Assembly: GCA_963775465.1 (NCBI GenBank)
Contig: CAVZIW010000012.1
Span: forward strand, 32,001 to 96,000
Direction: 5' to 3'
DNA from: Candidatus Bathyarchaeota archaeon
Lineage (GTDB): Archaea; Thermoproteota; Bathyarchaeia; Bathyarchaeales; Bathycorpusculaceae
Length of the DNA: 64,000 nucleotides
Positions 29,925 through 39,417 of the stretch are shown in pieces. The notes under the pieces are model-generated. The model did no database searches, had not been told where the DNA came from, and worked only from the letters and a program-made list of their open reading frames with translations. Position numbers and translations under genes: made by a program. Numbering within the stretch: position 1 is the first letter of the stretch; each line of letters starts with the position of its first letter.

Positions 29925-31180
29925 CACAACGTCGACTCAATCGTGAAGAATCAAGTTTACCGGAACTAAAGAGTTTAGCACAATCCGCTGGCTACATTGT
30001 TGTAGGCACTTTAGAGCAGACCAGACCGCCAGATTCACGTTATCAAATCGGAGCGGGAAAAGTTGAAGAGTTGTGTAAGCTAGTTGAAGAAACTGGTGCT
30101 GAAAAAGTAATTTTCGATAATAACTTACGCACATTGCAAATTTATAATTTAGCTAAAGCTACAAAGGTTGAAGTTATCGACCGTTTTCAACTTATTTTGG
30201 AGCTATTTAACAAACGTGCCACTACCACTGAGGCCCAATTGCAGATTCAACTAGCAACTTTACGCAACGAGCTTAAACATGCTCGAGAAAAAGTGCGCTT
30301 ATCCAAAGGCAGCGAGCAACCGGGATTTATGGGTTTAGGCGTCTACGAGGCGGATGTTTATAAAGATGCAATTAAGCTTCAAGTTCAAACCATAATAAAA
30401 AAACTTGCTGCAATCCGAAAGAAAAGAGTGCTCCAACGGGAAAGACGAACGGAATTGGGATTTTTAACGATTTCACTTGCAGGTTATACCAGCTCGGGAA
30501 AAAGCACACTCTTTAACGCATTAACAAAGGAAACGGCAAGGGTTGACAGACAACTTTTCACGACGCTCTCGACCCAGACAAGGATGATTGAGATTTCAAA
30601 CCGCAAGTTCCTAATAACTGACACTGTGGGTTTTATTGACCGATTGCCCCTTGGGTTGATTGACGCGTTCCGTTCCACTTTGGAAGAAACGATCTTTTCA
30701 GATTTGATAATAATTGTTGTTGATTTAAGTGAGCCTATTGAAACAATAGAAATGAAAAACAATGTGTGTTTAGAAACAATTGATCTTTTAGATGCTTCTA
30801 GCATTCCGACTATAACGGCATTAAATAAGATTGATTTAATAAAACCTGAAGAAAGAGACCAGAAGATAGAAGCGCTCAAGGACAAGGTTAAAAACCCAAT
30901 TCTGTTGTCGGCTAAATATGAAACCAATCTTGATGATCTAAGAAAACACGTTCTGCGAATTTTGGAAAATTATGTGCGAGCGAAGTTTTCTGTTCCATTA
31001 TCAGGTAACATAATGCCTTTCATTTCTTGGGTTCATCAAAAAACAGACATACATAAAGAAAACTACACTAACGACTCCGTTGAAATTCTATTTGAAGCTA
31101 CTCCTGCAGTTGCTGATCAAATAAGAAAAAAAGTGGAAGACCTCAATGGAAAATTCCAAACCAGTCCAAATCCGGAATAA
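29909..31180 (+). CDS. hflX: GTPase HflX with apparent ACG start
   Basis: GYTSSGKS, FTTLS, DTVGFI and NKID motifs. The HflX-like N-terminus (KAII..ELKSLAQSAGY..IGAGK) extends in frame to ACG 29909, directly after an in-frame TAA. Confidence 0.92.
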   Translation, partial: TKAIIAQRRLNREESSLPELKSLAQSAGYIVVGTLEQTRPPDSRYQIGAGKVEELCKLVEETGAEKVIFDNNLRTLQIYNLAKATKVEVIDRFQLILELFNKRATTTEAQLQIQLATLRNELKHAREKVRLSKGSEQPGFMGLGVYEADVYKDAIKLQVQTIIKKLAAIRKKRVLQRERRTELGFLTISLAGYTSSGKSTLFNALTKETARVDRQLFTTLSTQTRMIEISNRKFLITDTVGFIDRLPLGLIDAFRSTLEETIFSDLIIIVVDLSEPIETIEMKNNVCLETIDLLDASSIPTITALNKIDLIKPEERDQKIEALKDKVKNPILLSAKYETNLDDLRKHVLRILENYVRAKFSVPLSGNIMPFISWVHQKTDIHKENYTNDSVEILFEATPAVADQIRKKVEDLNGKFQTSPNPE

Positions 31181-31736
31181 TCAGCCCGAAATCGTGATAT
31201 TGCGATGGGGCCACAGGCCACAAAGAGACGTTAGATTAACTACTCATGTTGCTTTAACAGCCAGAGCGCTTTGCGCATCAGGCTTTATCTTGGCAGATGT
31301 TGAAGATTCCCACATACGAGAAACTATTGCAAAGATTACGAGGGCGTGGGGAGGAGATTTTCATTTTGAGATGGGAACAGCTTGGAAAAAGGCTGTACAC
31401 GAATGGAAACGTAGTGGTGGCGTAGTGGTTCATTTGACTGCTTATGGTGAGAACATCCAAACAAGCGATGTCATGAGCAAAATTAAGTGCACAAAAAAAA
31501 ATGTGATGTTACTTGTAGGGAGTCAGAAAGTGCCTGGCGAATTCTACTCACAGGAAGTCTCTGACTTTAACGTGGCCGTGGGAAATCAGCCTCATTCAGA
31601 GTGTGCTGCAATGGCAGTTTTTTTGGACCGCTACTTTGAAGGAAAAGAACTTGGCAAACAATTTGACAAGGCAAAAATAGAGATTGCTCCTAAAGTTAGG
31701 GGTAAGGAAATTAAATCCAACGTAGATTCGCCTTAG
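31146..31736 (+). CDS. trm56: tRNA (cytidine(56)-2'-O)-methyltransferase
   Basis: GHRPQRD.R.TTHV.LTARA, VHLTAYG and NQPHSE motifs. Confidence 0.95.
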   Translation: MENSKPVQIRNNQPEIVILRWGHRPQRDVRLTTHVALTARALCASGFILADVEDSHIRETIAKITRAWGGDFHFEMGTAWKKAVHEWKRSGGVVVHLTAYGENIQTSDVMSKIKCTKKNVMLLVGSQKVPGEFYSQEVSDFNVAVGNQPHSECAAMAVFLDRYFEGKELGKQFDKAKIEIAPKVRGKEIKSNVDSP

Positions 31737-31800
31737 AGGTGTAAGAAGAGTTTTATTACAGATAGATGCAATATTATGGTATTAAAAGGGACTTTAGAGC

Positions 31801-32313
31801 ATGTTATCTACTATTGATGATGCAACTTTAATGAAAGTAGCCACAGCTTTAGGTGAAGAAGATGCTGTTATACTTATCGAGCATTTAAAAAGTGTGGAAG
31901 AAATAACGGACGATGAAATTGCTAACAAAACAGGCATCCGACTCAATTCTGTACGCAAAATTCTCTATAAACTATACGACCATTCTCTTGTAAGCCTTAG
32001 ACGTACCCGTGACCCTAAAACAGGATGGTTCATTTTTCACTGGAAACTCCAACCAGATCAACTGGAAGGTTTCATCCTCAGTCAAAAGAGGCGAGTTCTA
32101 GAAAAACTCAGCGTACGTTTAGACTATGAGAAAAACCATGACTTCTACTTCTGTGGAAATCAAGAGTGTAAACGGGTACCCTTCGAAGACGCAGTGGAAT
32201 TGGTTTTCCACTGTTCTGGTTGCGGCGAGCCTCTTGTTCATTTTGGCAATGAAAAAATGATAGATAAACTGTCTGAAAAAGTTGAAGTACTCAGGAAGGA
32301 ACTGGGTGAATAA
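31801..32313 (+). CDS. tfe: Transcription factor E alpha
   Basis: TDDEIA..VRKILYKL..GWF winged helix followed by a C4 Zn ribbon. Confidence 0.93.
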   Translation: MLSTIDDATLMKVATALGEEDAVILIEHLKSVEEITDDEIANKTGIRLNSVRKILYKLYDHSLVSLRRTRDPKTGWFIFHWKLQPDQLEGFILSQKRRVLEKLSVRLDYEKNHDFYFCGNQECKRVPFEDAVELVFHCSGCGEPLVHFGNEKMIDKLSEKVEVLRKELGE

Positions 32314-32836
32314 TTGGCTTCCGTCAAGGGAGCAAGCACTACAACTTCTCCAAAAAACCAAATGTCCACCTCAGGTTATCAGTCACTGTTTGGCCGTTTC
32401 TGAGTTAGCACTGGAAATAGCGAATCAACTTCGAAAGAGGGGCTTGGAGATCGACAGTCAACTTGTTGAAATAGGAGCTATTCTACATGATATTGGACGT
32501 TCAGAGAGTCATGGTGTTGATCATTCTGTTGTTGGTTCACAAATAGCGAAATCTTTGAATTTGCCTGAAGCTTTGGTTAAGATAATAAAGCGGCATGTTG
32601 GTGCAGGCGTAACCGAAGAAGAGGCTAAAGAAATGGGTTGGCCTGAAGATAGTTATGTTCCTCAGACTTTGGAAGAAAAAATTGTTGCTTACGCTGACAA
32701 GCGTATCGACAAAGGTAAGAAAGTTGCAATCGAAATAGAAATTAAACGGCTCCAAGACAAGAATAAACCTGAAGCTGCAGAAAGAGTTAGAAACCTACAT
32801 GATGAAATTACAAGACTATTAGGTAAAGAACAATGA
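32306..32836 (+). CDS. HD-domain hydrolase (TIGR00295-like)
   Basis: H..LHDIGRS..H..RHVGAG..P.TLEEKIVAYAD; usual neighbour of tfe. Confidence 0.9.
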   Translation: MNNWLPSREQALQLLQKTKCPPQVISHCLAVSELALEIANQLRKRGLEIDSQLVEIGAILHDIGRSESHGVDHSVVGSQIAKSLNLPEALVKIIKRHVGAGVTEEEAKEMGWPEDSYVPQTLEEKIVAYADKRIDKGKKVAIEIEIKRLQDKNKPEAAERVRNLHDEITRLLGKEQ

Positions 32837-33597
32837 CAACTCTAACTCTTTTGGTAAAAACTTTTCATGGTGCACAACTAAAGCAGATAGATAACTTGCT
32901 AAAGTCTGAATTTGAAGAGTTAGATGTTGAAACTAAAGTTTTAGGAAACACTGGAAATCGTTGGGTTCAAGTCGAGTTGTCTGGTGAAGATGAAGTTATA
33001 GCCACAAGTTACATTAACAAAAAAATCGGCATATGCCCCGTCAGTCTTGAAAACGCAAAAAACCAAGGTGTTCTAACAGGGTACATTTCTAAAGTTGACT
33101 CAAACAAACAGGAACTTAGAGTTGACATTGGTGTTTTTGAGCCAAGAGTTATTCAAGCAACAATACCTGCCGTGAAACTTCAAGCCCAACTTTTGCACAA
33201 CAAAATAGAGGATTTGAAGAGAATCGGGGAAGTCTTCAGCTTGGTTGAAGGTTTACCCATTGGGGTACAATTGATCAAATCAAACGCCGAAGAAGAACTT
33301 GTAGAAGCTGAATTGTCGAATGGTGAGGTTGAGAGGTTTGGCAGATGGCAGATGTCCCTGTTGGATAGACTTGTAATTTTGGGCGCTTCGAAAGAGAGTG
33401 TTGCATTGGTTCTGGAGCGGACTAAGTTGAATCGAGACGTCATTAATGTAGAGGAGTTAGGTTTGTTTGTTCACGCGCTAACTTGTAAACTTGGAACCCA
33501 AGCTGCGGGATTGATTCCTGTAATGGGCAGGTACATGCGGTATTCTGTTTTTGCTGTTTTTAATGCTAAGAGAAGCACTGAACTTTTAAGTCTATAA
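32833..33597 (+). CDS. DUF2110 family protein
   Basis: GEDE, VDIG and CKLGT.A.GLI pattern; conserved position after tfe and the HD gene. Confidence 0.75.
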   Translation: MTTLTLLVKTFHGAQLKQIDNLLKSEFEELDVETKVLGNTGNRWVQVELSGEDEVIATSYINKKIGICPVSLENAKNQGVLTGYISKVDSNKQELRVDIGVFEPRVIQATIPAVKLQAQLLHNKIEDLKRIGEVFSLVEGLPIGVQLIKSNAEEELVEAELSNGEVERFGRWQMSLLDRLVILGASKESVALVLERTKLNRDVINVEELGLFVHALTCKLGTQAAGLIPVMGRYMRYSVFAVFNAKRSTELLSL

Positions 33598-33700
33598 AGG
33601 ATAAAGCAAAGATAAAAAGAAAAATATTGCATGATAGAGCTTATGGGAGCATTAGACGGCGAAGCAACGACAACTCGCCAAAAGCGACCAATTCAATATC

Positions 33701-33868
33701 TTATAAGACGTCGTGTTCTTCCCGACAGTGAGCGTTATAGTCTTCGCGATTATCGTATACTTCTTGATCTAGTGGACACCTGTATTTCTTGTCAGTAGTC
33801 ATTTCAGGTTCTGGAACAGTAACTCGCGGCGCTGTTCTTTTAAGGTTAGATTCGTCACTTTTAGACAT
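33701..33868 (-). CDS. Small C2H2-like zinc-finger protein
   Basis: YRCPLDQEVY...EDYNAHCREEH; GGAGGTGA Shine-Dalgarno just upstream of the ATG. Confidence 0.7.
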   Translation of the reverse strand: MSKSDESNLKRTAPRVTVPEPEMTTDKKYRCPLDQEVYDNREDYNAHCREEHDVL

Positions 33869-33970
33869 ATATTTCACCTCCAAATCAAAATTAGCTGTTA
33901 TTGATATGATGCCGTTGAGAGCATTATTAAAAATATGTGACTGCTAGCTGCCAACAACTAAAAAACGAAG

Positions 33971-34273
33971 TTACTTTCGGCTATCATTGAATTTGATAAA
34001 ACAAACAATTACGCTCAGAACTCCGACAATTATTGCTAGAACTATCGAAGCCGCCACAAGAGGTAGATTGCTTTCAAAGGTGATTTCATCGTCAATTAAT
34101 TCTGAATCTTCTCCTCCCTGGAGATTGATTTGAGCCTGGTTTAGAACACTTGGATACTCTGGAACGGTTTGGTAATCTTGTGCTTCAAGTAATGAGAAGC
34201 AAACCCCGCTTAGAAGAACTGATGCTAATACTATTAGAGTTATTATTGAGTTTGTTTTTCTCATTTCACTCAT
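33971..34273 (-). CDS. Small exported, membrane-anchored hypothetical protein
   Basis: N-terminal signal-like helix and a C-terminal TM helix with basic tail. Confidence 0.55.
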   Translation of the reverse strand: MSEMRKTNSIITLIVLASVLLSGVCFSLLEAQDYQTVPEYPSVLNQAQINLQGGEDSELIDDEITFESNLPLVAASIVLAIIVGVLSVIVCFIKFNDSRK

Positions 34274-34432
34274 CTTTTTCGTTAGTAAAGGTAGAGTGTT
34301 ATTTGATATTTAGCACCAATCCTTCGAACAGTTTGTCTAATTTTTAGAACAAATGCTCAGAAGCCCTTAGAGGTTAGGGGAAACAGTTAAGTAAAAAAAG
34401 CAGTTTTTTTACTAGGCAATAGGTAGATTATT

Positions 34433-35698
34433 GTGAAGAAATTTTATGGATCAATAGTTTTAGCTTTGCTTTTTATCTCTTCAATTGCAACAGTTTCTAC
34501 TACGGTTAGCGCTCAAGACGCTGATTCTTGGCCCATGTTTCACCGGGACCCGGCACATACAGGTTACGTGAATGCAGATGGCCCCATCACAAATCAGACT
34601 TTGTGGACTTATGATACAAAGGGATGGGTACTTTCATCTCCAGCAATTGTGAATGGCGTCGTTTATTTTACTTCATCAGATGCAGGTTATTTCGATGTCT
34701 CGAACAATAACATCATCGCGGTAAATGCAGCTGACGGCTCAAAAATCTGGAATTATGCAGTTAACGCTAAAATTTACACTTCTCCAGCAGTTGCCGACGG
34801 CATGGTGTTTTTCGGTTCTGATGACCATACAATATACGCTTTGAATGCTACCAACGGCGCTTACATTTGGAAATGCATAACAGATGACCAGGCTGAAGGA
34901 ATTCCAACTGTCTCAAACGGGATATTGTACGCTGGTTCAAACGATGGCAAACTATATGCTTTTGACGATACCCTTGGAATGCCAATTTGGAACTATTCTA
35001 CGGGTGGTTACGTAACGTCTGGTCCAGCAGTTGCCAATGGAGTTGTCTATTTTGGATCGTATGATCACAATATCTACGCGCTTGACGCTATGACGGGTGC
35101 TTTGAAATGGAGTTATACCACTGATAGTGTGGTTGCATCTTGTCCGGTTGTGGCAGATGGCAATGTATATGTCGGCAGTTTTGATAACAACACTTACGCT
35201 TTAAACGCTGATACAGGAGCATTAGTCTGGAAAGTTTCTACGGGCTATGATCAATGTGTCCAAGCTTCCCCTGCATATGCTAATGGAATTGTTTACACTG
35301 GTGGTGCATTTGACAAAAAAGTTTATGCTCTTGACGCTAAAACAGGTTCAGAAAAATGGACCTATACTATGGATGAGGGTTTAACAACGGGTCCAGCAGT
35401 TATCGGCAACACCGTCTATGTCACCTCCACCTTAGGTAACACAACATACGCTTTAACCGCGGATACGGGCAACTTGATTTGGATCTTCCAAACTAATGGC
35501 AACATTTACAGTTCACCCGCGGTCGCTGACGGCGTGGTATACTTCGGCGATTATGACGGCATCTTCTATGCAATTGGAGGGAATAGTGGCGGAAATACCA
35601 ACGAAGGAATACCGAGCATAACTTACTACATAATCGCGGTCGTTGTATTGCTGGTGATAATCGCAGTTGCGGTTATAATCTTGAGAAGAAAGCACTAA
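34433..35698 (+). CDS. PQQ-type beta-propeller repeat surface protein
   Basis: Signal peptide, WPMF..D..HTG, about 8 repeats of SSPAV.NG.VY.GS.D..YALDA.TG..W, and a C-terminal TM anchor. Confidence 0.92.
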   Translation: MKKFYGSIVLALLFISSIATVSTTVSAQDADSWPMFHRDPAHTGYVNADGPITNQTLWTYDTKGWVLSSPAIVNGVVYFTSSDAGYFDVSNNNIIAVNAADGSKIWNYAVNAKIYTSPAVADGMVFFGSDDHTIYALNATNGAYIWKCITDDQAEGIPTVSNGILYAGSNDGKLYAFDDTLGMPIWNYSTGGYVTSGPAVANGVVYFGSYDHNIYALDAMTGALKWSYTTDSVVASCPVVADGNVYVGSFDNNTYALNADTGALVWKVSTGYDQCVQASPAYANGIVYTGGAFDKKVYALDAKTGSEKWTYTMDEGLTTGPAVIGNTVYVTSTLGNTTYALTADTGNLIWIFQTNGNIYSSPAVADGVVYFGDYDGIFYAIGGNSGGNTNEGIPSITYYIIAVVVLLVIIAVAVIILRRKH

Positions 35699-35835
35699 AT
35701 AGTCAATAATTTTCTCTTTTTATCCTTACGTCTGGATAGGGTTATACTTGAACTATAATATCAAGAATATCGATACTTTAATGATCTTCTTTATTTTTGA
35801 CCAACTATTTAATGAATGAATTTGAAAAATTTTCC

Positions 35836-36171
35836 TTAGAGTCCCCAGCTTTGAGCGATGTTTTGATGAGGTTTGCTTTTGTTATGTTTTTCTTTTTTCT
35901 TCTCAGATCCCTTGAACCGATTGATCTTTACAGTTTTATCTTCAACTGAGACCCAGTGAGTTCTACTTAAGTTATGGCGTCGAACATATTTTGCGACAAC
36001 CCGCTGCAATTCCAACACAGACAGCTCCTCCTCTGCATCCACGACAAGCTTGTCCCTTCCTGAGTAAACATTCACAGTTAAATTTGATTGAAGAAAGCTG
36101 GACATGCGTTCTTTTTCATTCTGTAAATCGCCCAAGTCTATTTGGAGTTTGTTTTTATGTCCAAAGAGCAA
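35836..36171 (-). CDS. Putative eL22-like (ribosomal L22e-fold) protein
   Basis: IDL..L..FL...L.V..KLVV..LS..EL..VV.KYV.RHNL..HWV pattern recalls eL22. The start codon is uncertain (36171 or 36180). Confidence 0.5.
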   Translation of the reverse strand: MLFGHKNKLQIDLGDLQNEKERMSSFLQSNLTVNVYSGRDKLVVDAEEELSVLELQRVVAKYVRRHNLSRTHWVSVEDKTVKINRFKGSEKKKEKHNKSKPHQNIAQSWGL

Positions 36172-36467
36172 GGTGCTCACACTATAAAGGTAAGCCTTTT
36201 CTGATATTAATAACGTTCCATAAATTAGAGTTTCGTCTTTCTCTGACTTCTTAAATTTCTTGTACTTTATCTTCTTGATCACTGATTGCTTTCTACCAGC
36301 GAAACAGCAAAGTCTTTGAGCAAAACGGGAGGATATGGAATAATAGGGAAAATGAATGAGTGTTGTATGAAAGTTATGTTAAAACCTAATAATTTGTATT
36401 TTCAATTCTTAAACGACCGCAAATCTTAAAACTTAATCAGGATTAAATTAATTCGAGAGATTATTAC

Positions 36468-36800
36468 ATGGTCTATTGCAGTAGATGTGGCACTCAAAAC
36501 CCAGACACGGAAAAGATATGCTCCAATTGTGGCGCTCCATTATACACCGTGGGTCAACAGTATCCGGGAAGCGAAAGAGAACACTATAAAAGAGTAGAAA
36601 ACGAATGCTTTGGCTTGCCCAACGGCGGCATGATAGTCGGCTTAATCTTTGGTATAATAATAATATTTGTAGGCTTATCTTTGCTTTTCGACCTTGGCAA
36701 CTTCTGGTCGTATATTTGGCCGCTTATCATAATCATTTTTGGTGTGCTTATCCTCTTAGGCGCGCTATTTGGAAGACGAAGAAGACCCCGCCGTTACTGA
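36468..36800 (+). CDS. Zinc-ribbon plus two-TM membrane protein
   Basis: YCSRCG..CSNCG followed by TM helices with a WPLIII motif. Confidence 0.8.
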   Translation: MVYCSRCGTQNPDTEKICSNCGAPLYTVGQQYPGSEREHYKRVENECFGLPNGGMIVGLIFGIIIIFVGLSLLFDLGNFWSYIWPLIIIIFGVLILLGALFGRRRRPRRY

Positions 36801-37453
36801 AAGCACATCTGGCAGTTGCGACAAGTTCGCGTGTTACTCCATTCAGAAAGCGAAATCCTAAACCATAGAAGATACAAGATTAAACCTATAACATAGAGAT
36901 CCAAAAAAAGACTTTTCCCCATTTCATCAACTGTTGCTAGAGTTGCAAATGAGCCGACAACAAAAGCCGCATTCAGAAATGCTTTGACGGATCCAGCGAC
37001 TTTAATCTGAATTAGCCCTAATGCCATCCCAATTTCTCCCAACAGTACTAGCCAAATACCTCCTGAGACCATATTCAAACCACCAAAAAAGTAGAAGATA
37101 GCTCCAAGCAGAGCGATTATAGTTCCAACAAGCAAACCGGTGCATGCCGCACAAAAACTTCTCCCTCTGACTTTTAGTCTGTTCTTTGAGAAGTTCTTGC
37201 AGTCAGGGTGATGACCTTCAATCCGCAAATGATTTAAGAAGATGCCAGCTTTGGCAGGCGGATTTGGGGCATGTTGAAACACACCTCTGCATTTACATGG
37301 ATAAAATACGGCGGCAACTCCTGAGATGCATATTGTACAGAAAAATGCGCCAATTAAGCTGCGTTGTCCTTCAAACTGAATCAGATTTAGTTTAGGCTGC
37401 ATAATCAGAAGAGGAACCATGGCAAGACCAACAAATGAGAGTACAAAAAACAA
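36794..37453 (-). CDS. Cys/His-containing membrane protein (DUF2085-like)
   Basis: GHHPDC, FCAACTG and a C-terminal CxxC; several TM helices. Confidence 0.6.
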   Translation of the reverse strand: MFFVLSFVGLAMVPLLIMQPKLNLIQFEGQRSLIGAFFCTICISGVAAVFYPCKCRGVFQHAPNPPAKAGIFLNHLRIEGHHPDCKNFSKNRLKVRGRSFCAACTGLLVGTIIALLGAIFYFFGGLNMVSGGIWLVLLGEIGMALGLIQIKVAGSVKAFLNAAFVVGSFATLATVDEMGKSLFLDLYVIGLILYLLWFRISLSEWSNTRTCRNCQMCFQ

Positions 37454-37497
37454 AGAAGGGAAAAACGCCCAAAAGCGATTTTGGTTTATCTTCTCGT

Positions 37498-38922
37498 CTA
37501 TAGGGATTTCACCTTACCCATCACACCGCTTCGGAGCATGTGCCAAAAGACTTTTCGTTTTAGCACGTTTTTGGATAAGATTCCTCCGAACCGTCTGCTC
37601 CATGATCCGTAGAAGTCACGGTAGCAGCCATAGAGCTGTTCTTGAACTTCATTAACTGAAAGGGTTTCCGTCGGCATGATCGCGTGAATCATATCATAAT
37701 GGGACCAATTCTTGTCCATTATCCAGCCATTTCGGTTAGCTTCTTCGTAGATTTCTGTTCCCGGAAACGGCGTCAATATCCCAAACATAATAAAATCCGG
37801 ATCCAACTCGTTGGCATACTCTTTTAAATGCCCGATTGATTCGCGGGTGTCTTTTCGTTGACCAATTATCATCATTGCATGAGCAAAAATGCCGTTATCT
37901 TTCAAGAGTTTAACAGCTGTCTTGGCATCCTGGGGGGTAATGCCCTTCTTGAACGCATCAAGCGTTGAAGGGTTCGAGTTCTCAACCCCGAGAAGAACCC
38001 AACTAAGCCCTGAATCTTTTAGTTTTGGCAAAACATCCTTATTTCGAATAATGTCATCGCATCTAGCTTGAACAAACCAAGCTACATCTTTAGATAACTC
38101 CCGCTTGATGATCGCTTCAGCTATCTCTTTTGGTCGATTGCCGGCACCAAAGTTGTCATCTGTGAGCCAGATGAATTTGCTGCCAAATGTTTCATTGCAG
38201 TATTTTATCTCGTCTGCGATTCTTTCGGAAGATTTTACTCTCCAACATGCTTGCCAATGTCTCCATTGAGTACAAAAGGTACACTCATGAGAACAACCGC
38301 GGGAACCTTCAACTAGGGCATAGGGCGAGTTGTCAGCAGCCATGGCTGAAAAATGATATTTACTCATTAAATCCTTAACCAAATGATAACCTGGAAAAGG
38401 AAGATCATCCAAGTTTTCAATCAAAGGTCTTGGTGAATTGTTAACGACTTGCCCGTTTTTTCTAAGAGATAGACCCTTGATTTCCAAAAAAGGCTTTTTT
38501 GCAATTGAGCACTTCACTAGTTCGGTTAGAGCTTGCTCCCCTTCACCTCTAACTATCATGTCTATTTCCGGGTAAGTTTCTAAGCTTTCCTTTGCTGTGG
38601 CAGTAAAGTGTTGACCACCTGTTACAGTTAGTATGTTTGGATCTACTCGCTTAGCTGTTTCGAGAGTTTTAGCCACTGAATAGGTGTTGCAGGTTGACAA
38701 AGAGCTTGAACAAACAATATCAGGATTGGATGATGCAATGCGTTGTTCCATCTGTGCCCAATCCACCTTTTCAGCGTTACAATCCAAGACTTCAACCTGC
38801 ACATCTGCAACCTGTTTTTCCAAGTATGCGGCGAGCTGTATTATTCCATATGGTGGAGGGAGATATTCACCCATCACGAACCATATTTCTTTAGGCGGTT
38901 CAATAAATAGAACTTTAAACAT
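37498..38922 (-). CDS. B12-binding radical SAM protein
   Basis: PPYG..LAA, GGQH.T, RGEGE, SRGCSHECTFC, DDNF, GVE and LTPFPGT motifs. Confidence 0.92.
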   Translation of the reverse strand: MFKVLFIEPPKEIWFVMGEYLPPPYGIIQLAAYLEKQVADVQVEVLDCNAEKVDWAQMEQRIASSNPDIVCSSSLSTCNTYSVAKTLETAKRVDPNILTVTGGQHFTATAKESLETYPEIDMIVRGEGEQALTELVKCSIAKKPFLEIKGLSLRKNGQVVNNSPRPLIENLDDLPFPGYHLVKDLMSKYHFSAMAADNSPYALVEGSRGCSHECTFCTQWRHWQACWRVKSSERIADEIKYCNETFGSKFIWLTDDNFGAGNRPKEIAEAIIKRELSKDVAWFVQARCDDIIRNKDVLPKLKDSGLSWVLLGVENSNPSTLDAFKKGITPQDAKTAVKLLKDNGIFAHAMMIIGQRKDTRESIGHLKEYANELDPDFIMFGILTPFPGTEIYEEANRNGWIMDKNWSHYDMIHAIMPTETLSVNEVQEQLYGCYRDFYGSWSRRFGGILSKNVLKRKVFWHMLRSGVMGKVKSL

Positions 38923-39094
38923 ATTTGTTCTAAACTATGATGCGCTCTTTTGCCTTATTAGATTGTTGTAGGAAAACGAGTAGCTCGCATTCTCATACAT
39001 AGATGACCAATTACATCTTCTGATATACTATAATTTGGTGAGTTCAGTCGGTTAATTCGGTGACATGGCAATAATTTAAGATATTTATGTTAAT

Positions 39095-39116
39095 TCAGAT
39101 TTTTCTGATAAATCAG
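39095..39116. promoter_or_regulatory. TCAGA-N4-TCTGA palindrome with adjacent TCAG, upstream of the hgcC-like gene
   Basis: TCAGATTTTTCTGATAAATCAG directly before a TTTAAGTA TATA-like box. Confidence 0.45.
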
Positions 39117-39162
39117 CAAAGTTTAAGTATTAAGAGCCCCATCCAAGAATTAAGGCGATAAC

Positions 39163-39414
39163 GTGAGTAGTTGTGTTGGCGATACCTGCAAAATTGATGC
39201 AGTTATATCGATGGATGCGAAAGGGCAAATTGTTCTTCCCAAGGATTTACGTGAAAAAGCAAACTTTAAGCCAAACGATAAAATAGCAGTTGTGACTTGC
39301 GAAAAAGAAGGGGAAATCTGCTGCATAATGATGTTAAAAGCTGAAAAATTGCAGAGCGCCGTTACCGAGACACTTGGTCCATTGCTTAAAGCAGTAACAA
39401 AACAGGAGAAGTAA
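39163..39414 (+). CDS. AbrB/MazE-type regulator, HgcAB-associated HgcC-like family
   Basis: MD.KGQIVLPKDLREK..K.NDK (AbrB fold) with N-terminal Cys residues and an ICC motif. Confidence 0.75.
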   Translation: MSSCVGDTCKIDAVISMDAKGQIVLPKDLREKANFKPNDKIAVVTCEKEGEICCIMMLKAEKLQSAVTETLGPLLKAVTKQEK

Positions 39415-39417
39415 GTT

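Noticed and set aside
34600-35580. Regularly spaced repeats that might suggest a CRISPR array or DNA repeat
   Set aside because: They are degenerate protein-level beta-propeller blades within one ORF.
37498-38922. Assigning the B12-radical SAM gene to tetraether lipid modification or BchE
   Set aside because: Only generic family motifs are visible; a specific call needs phylogeny.
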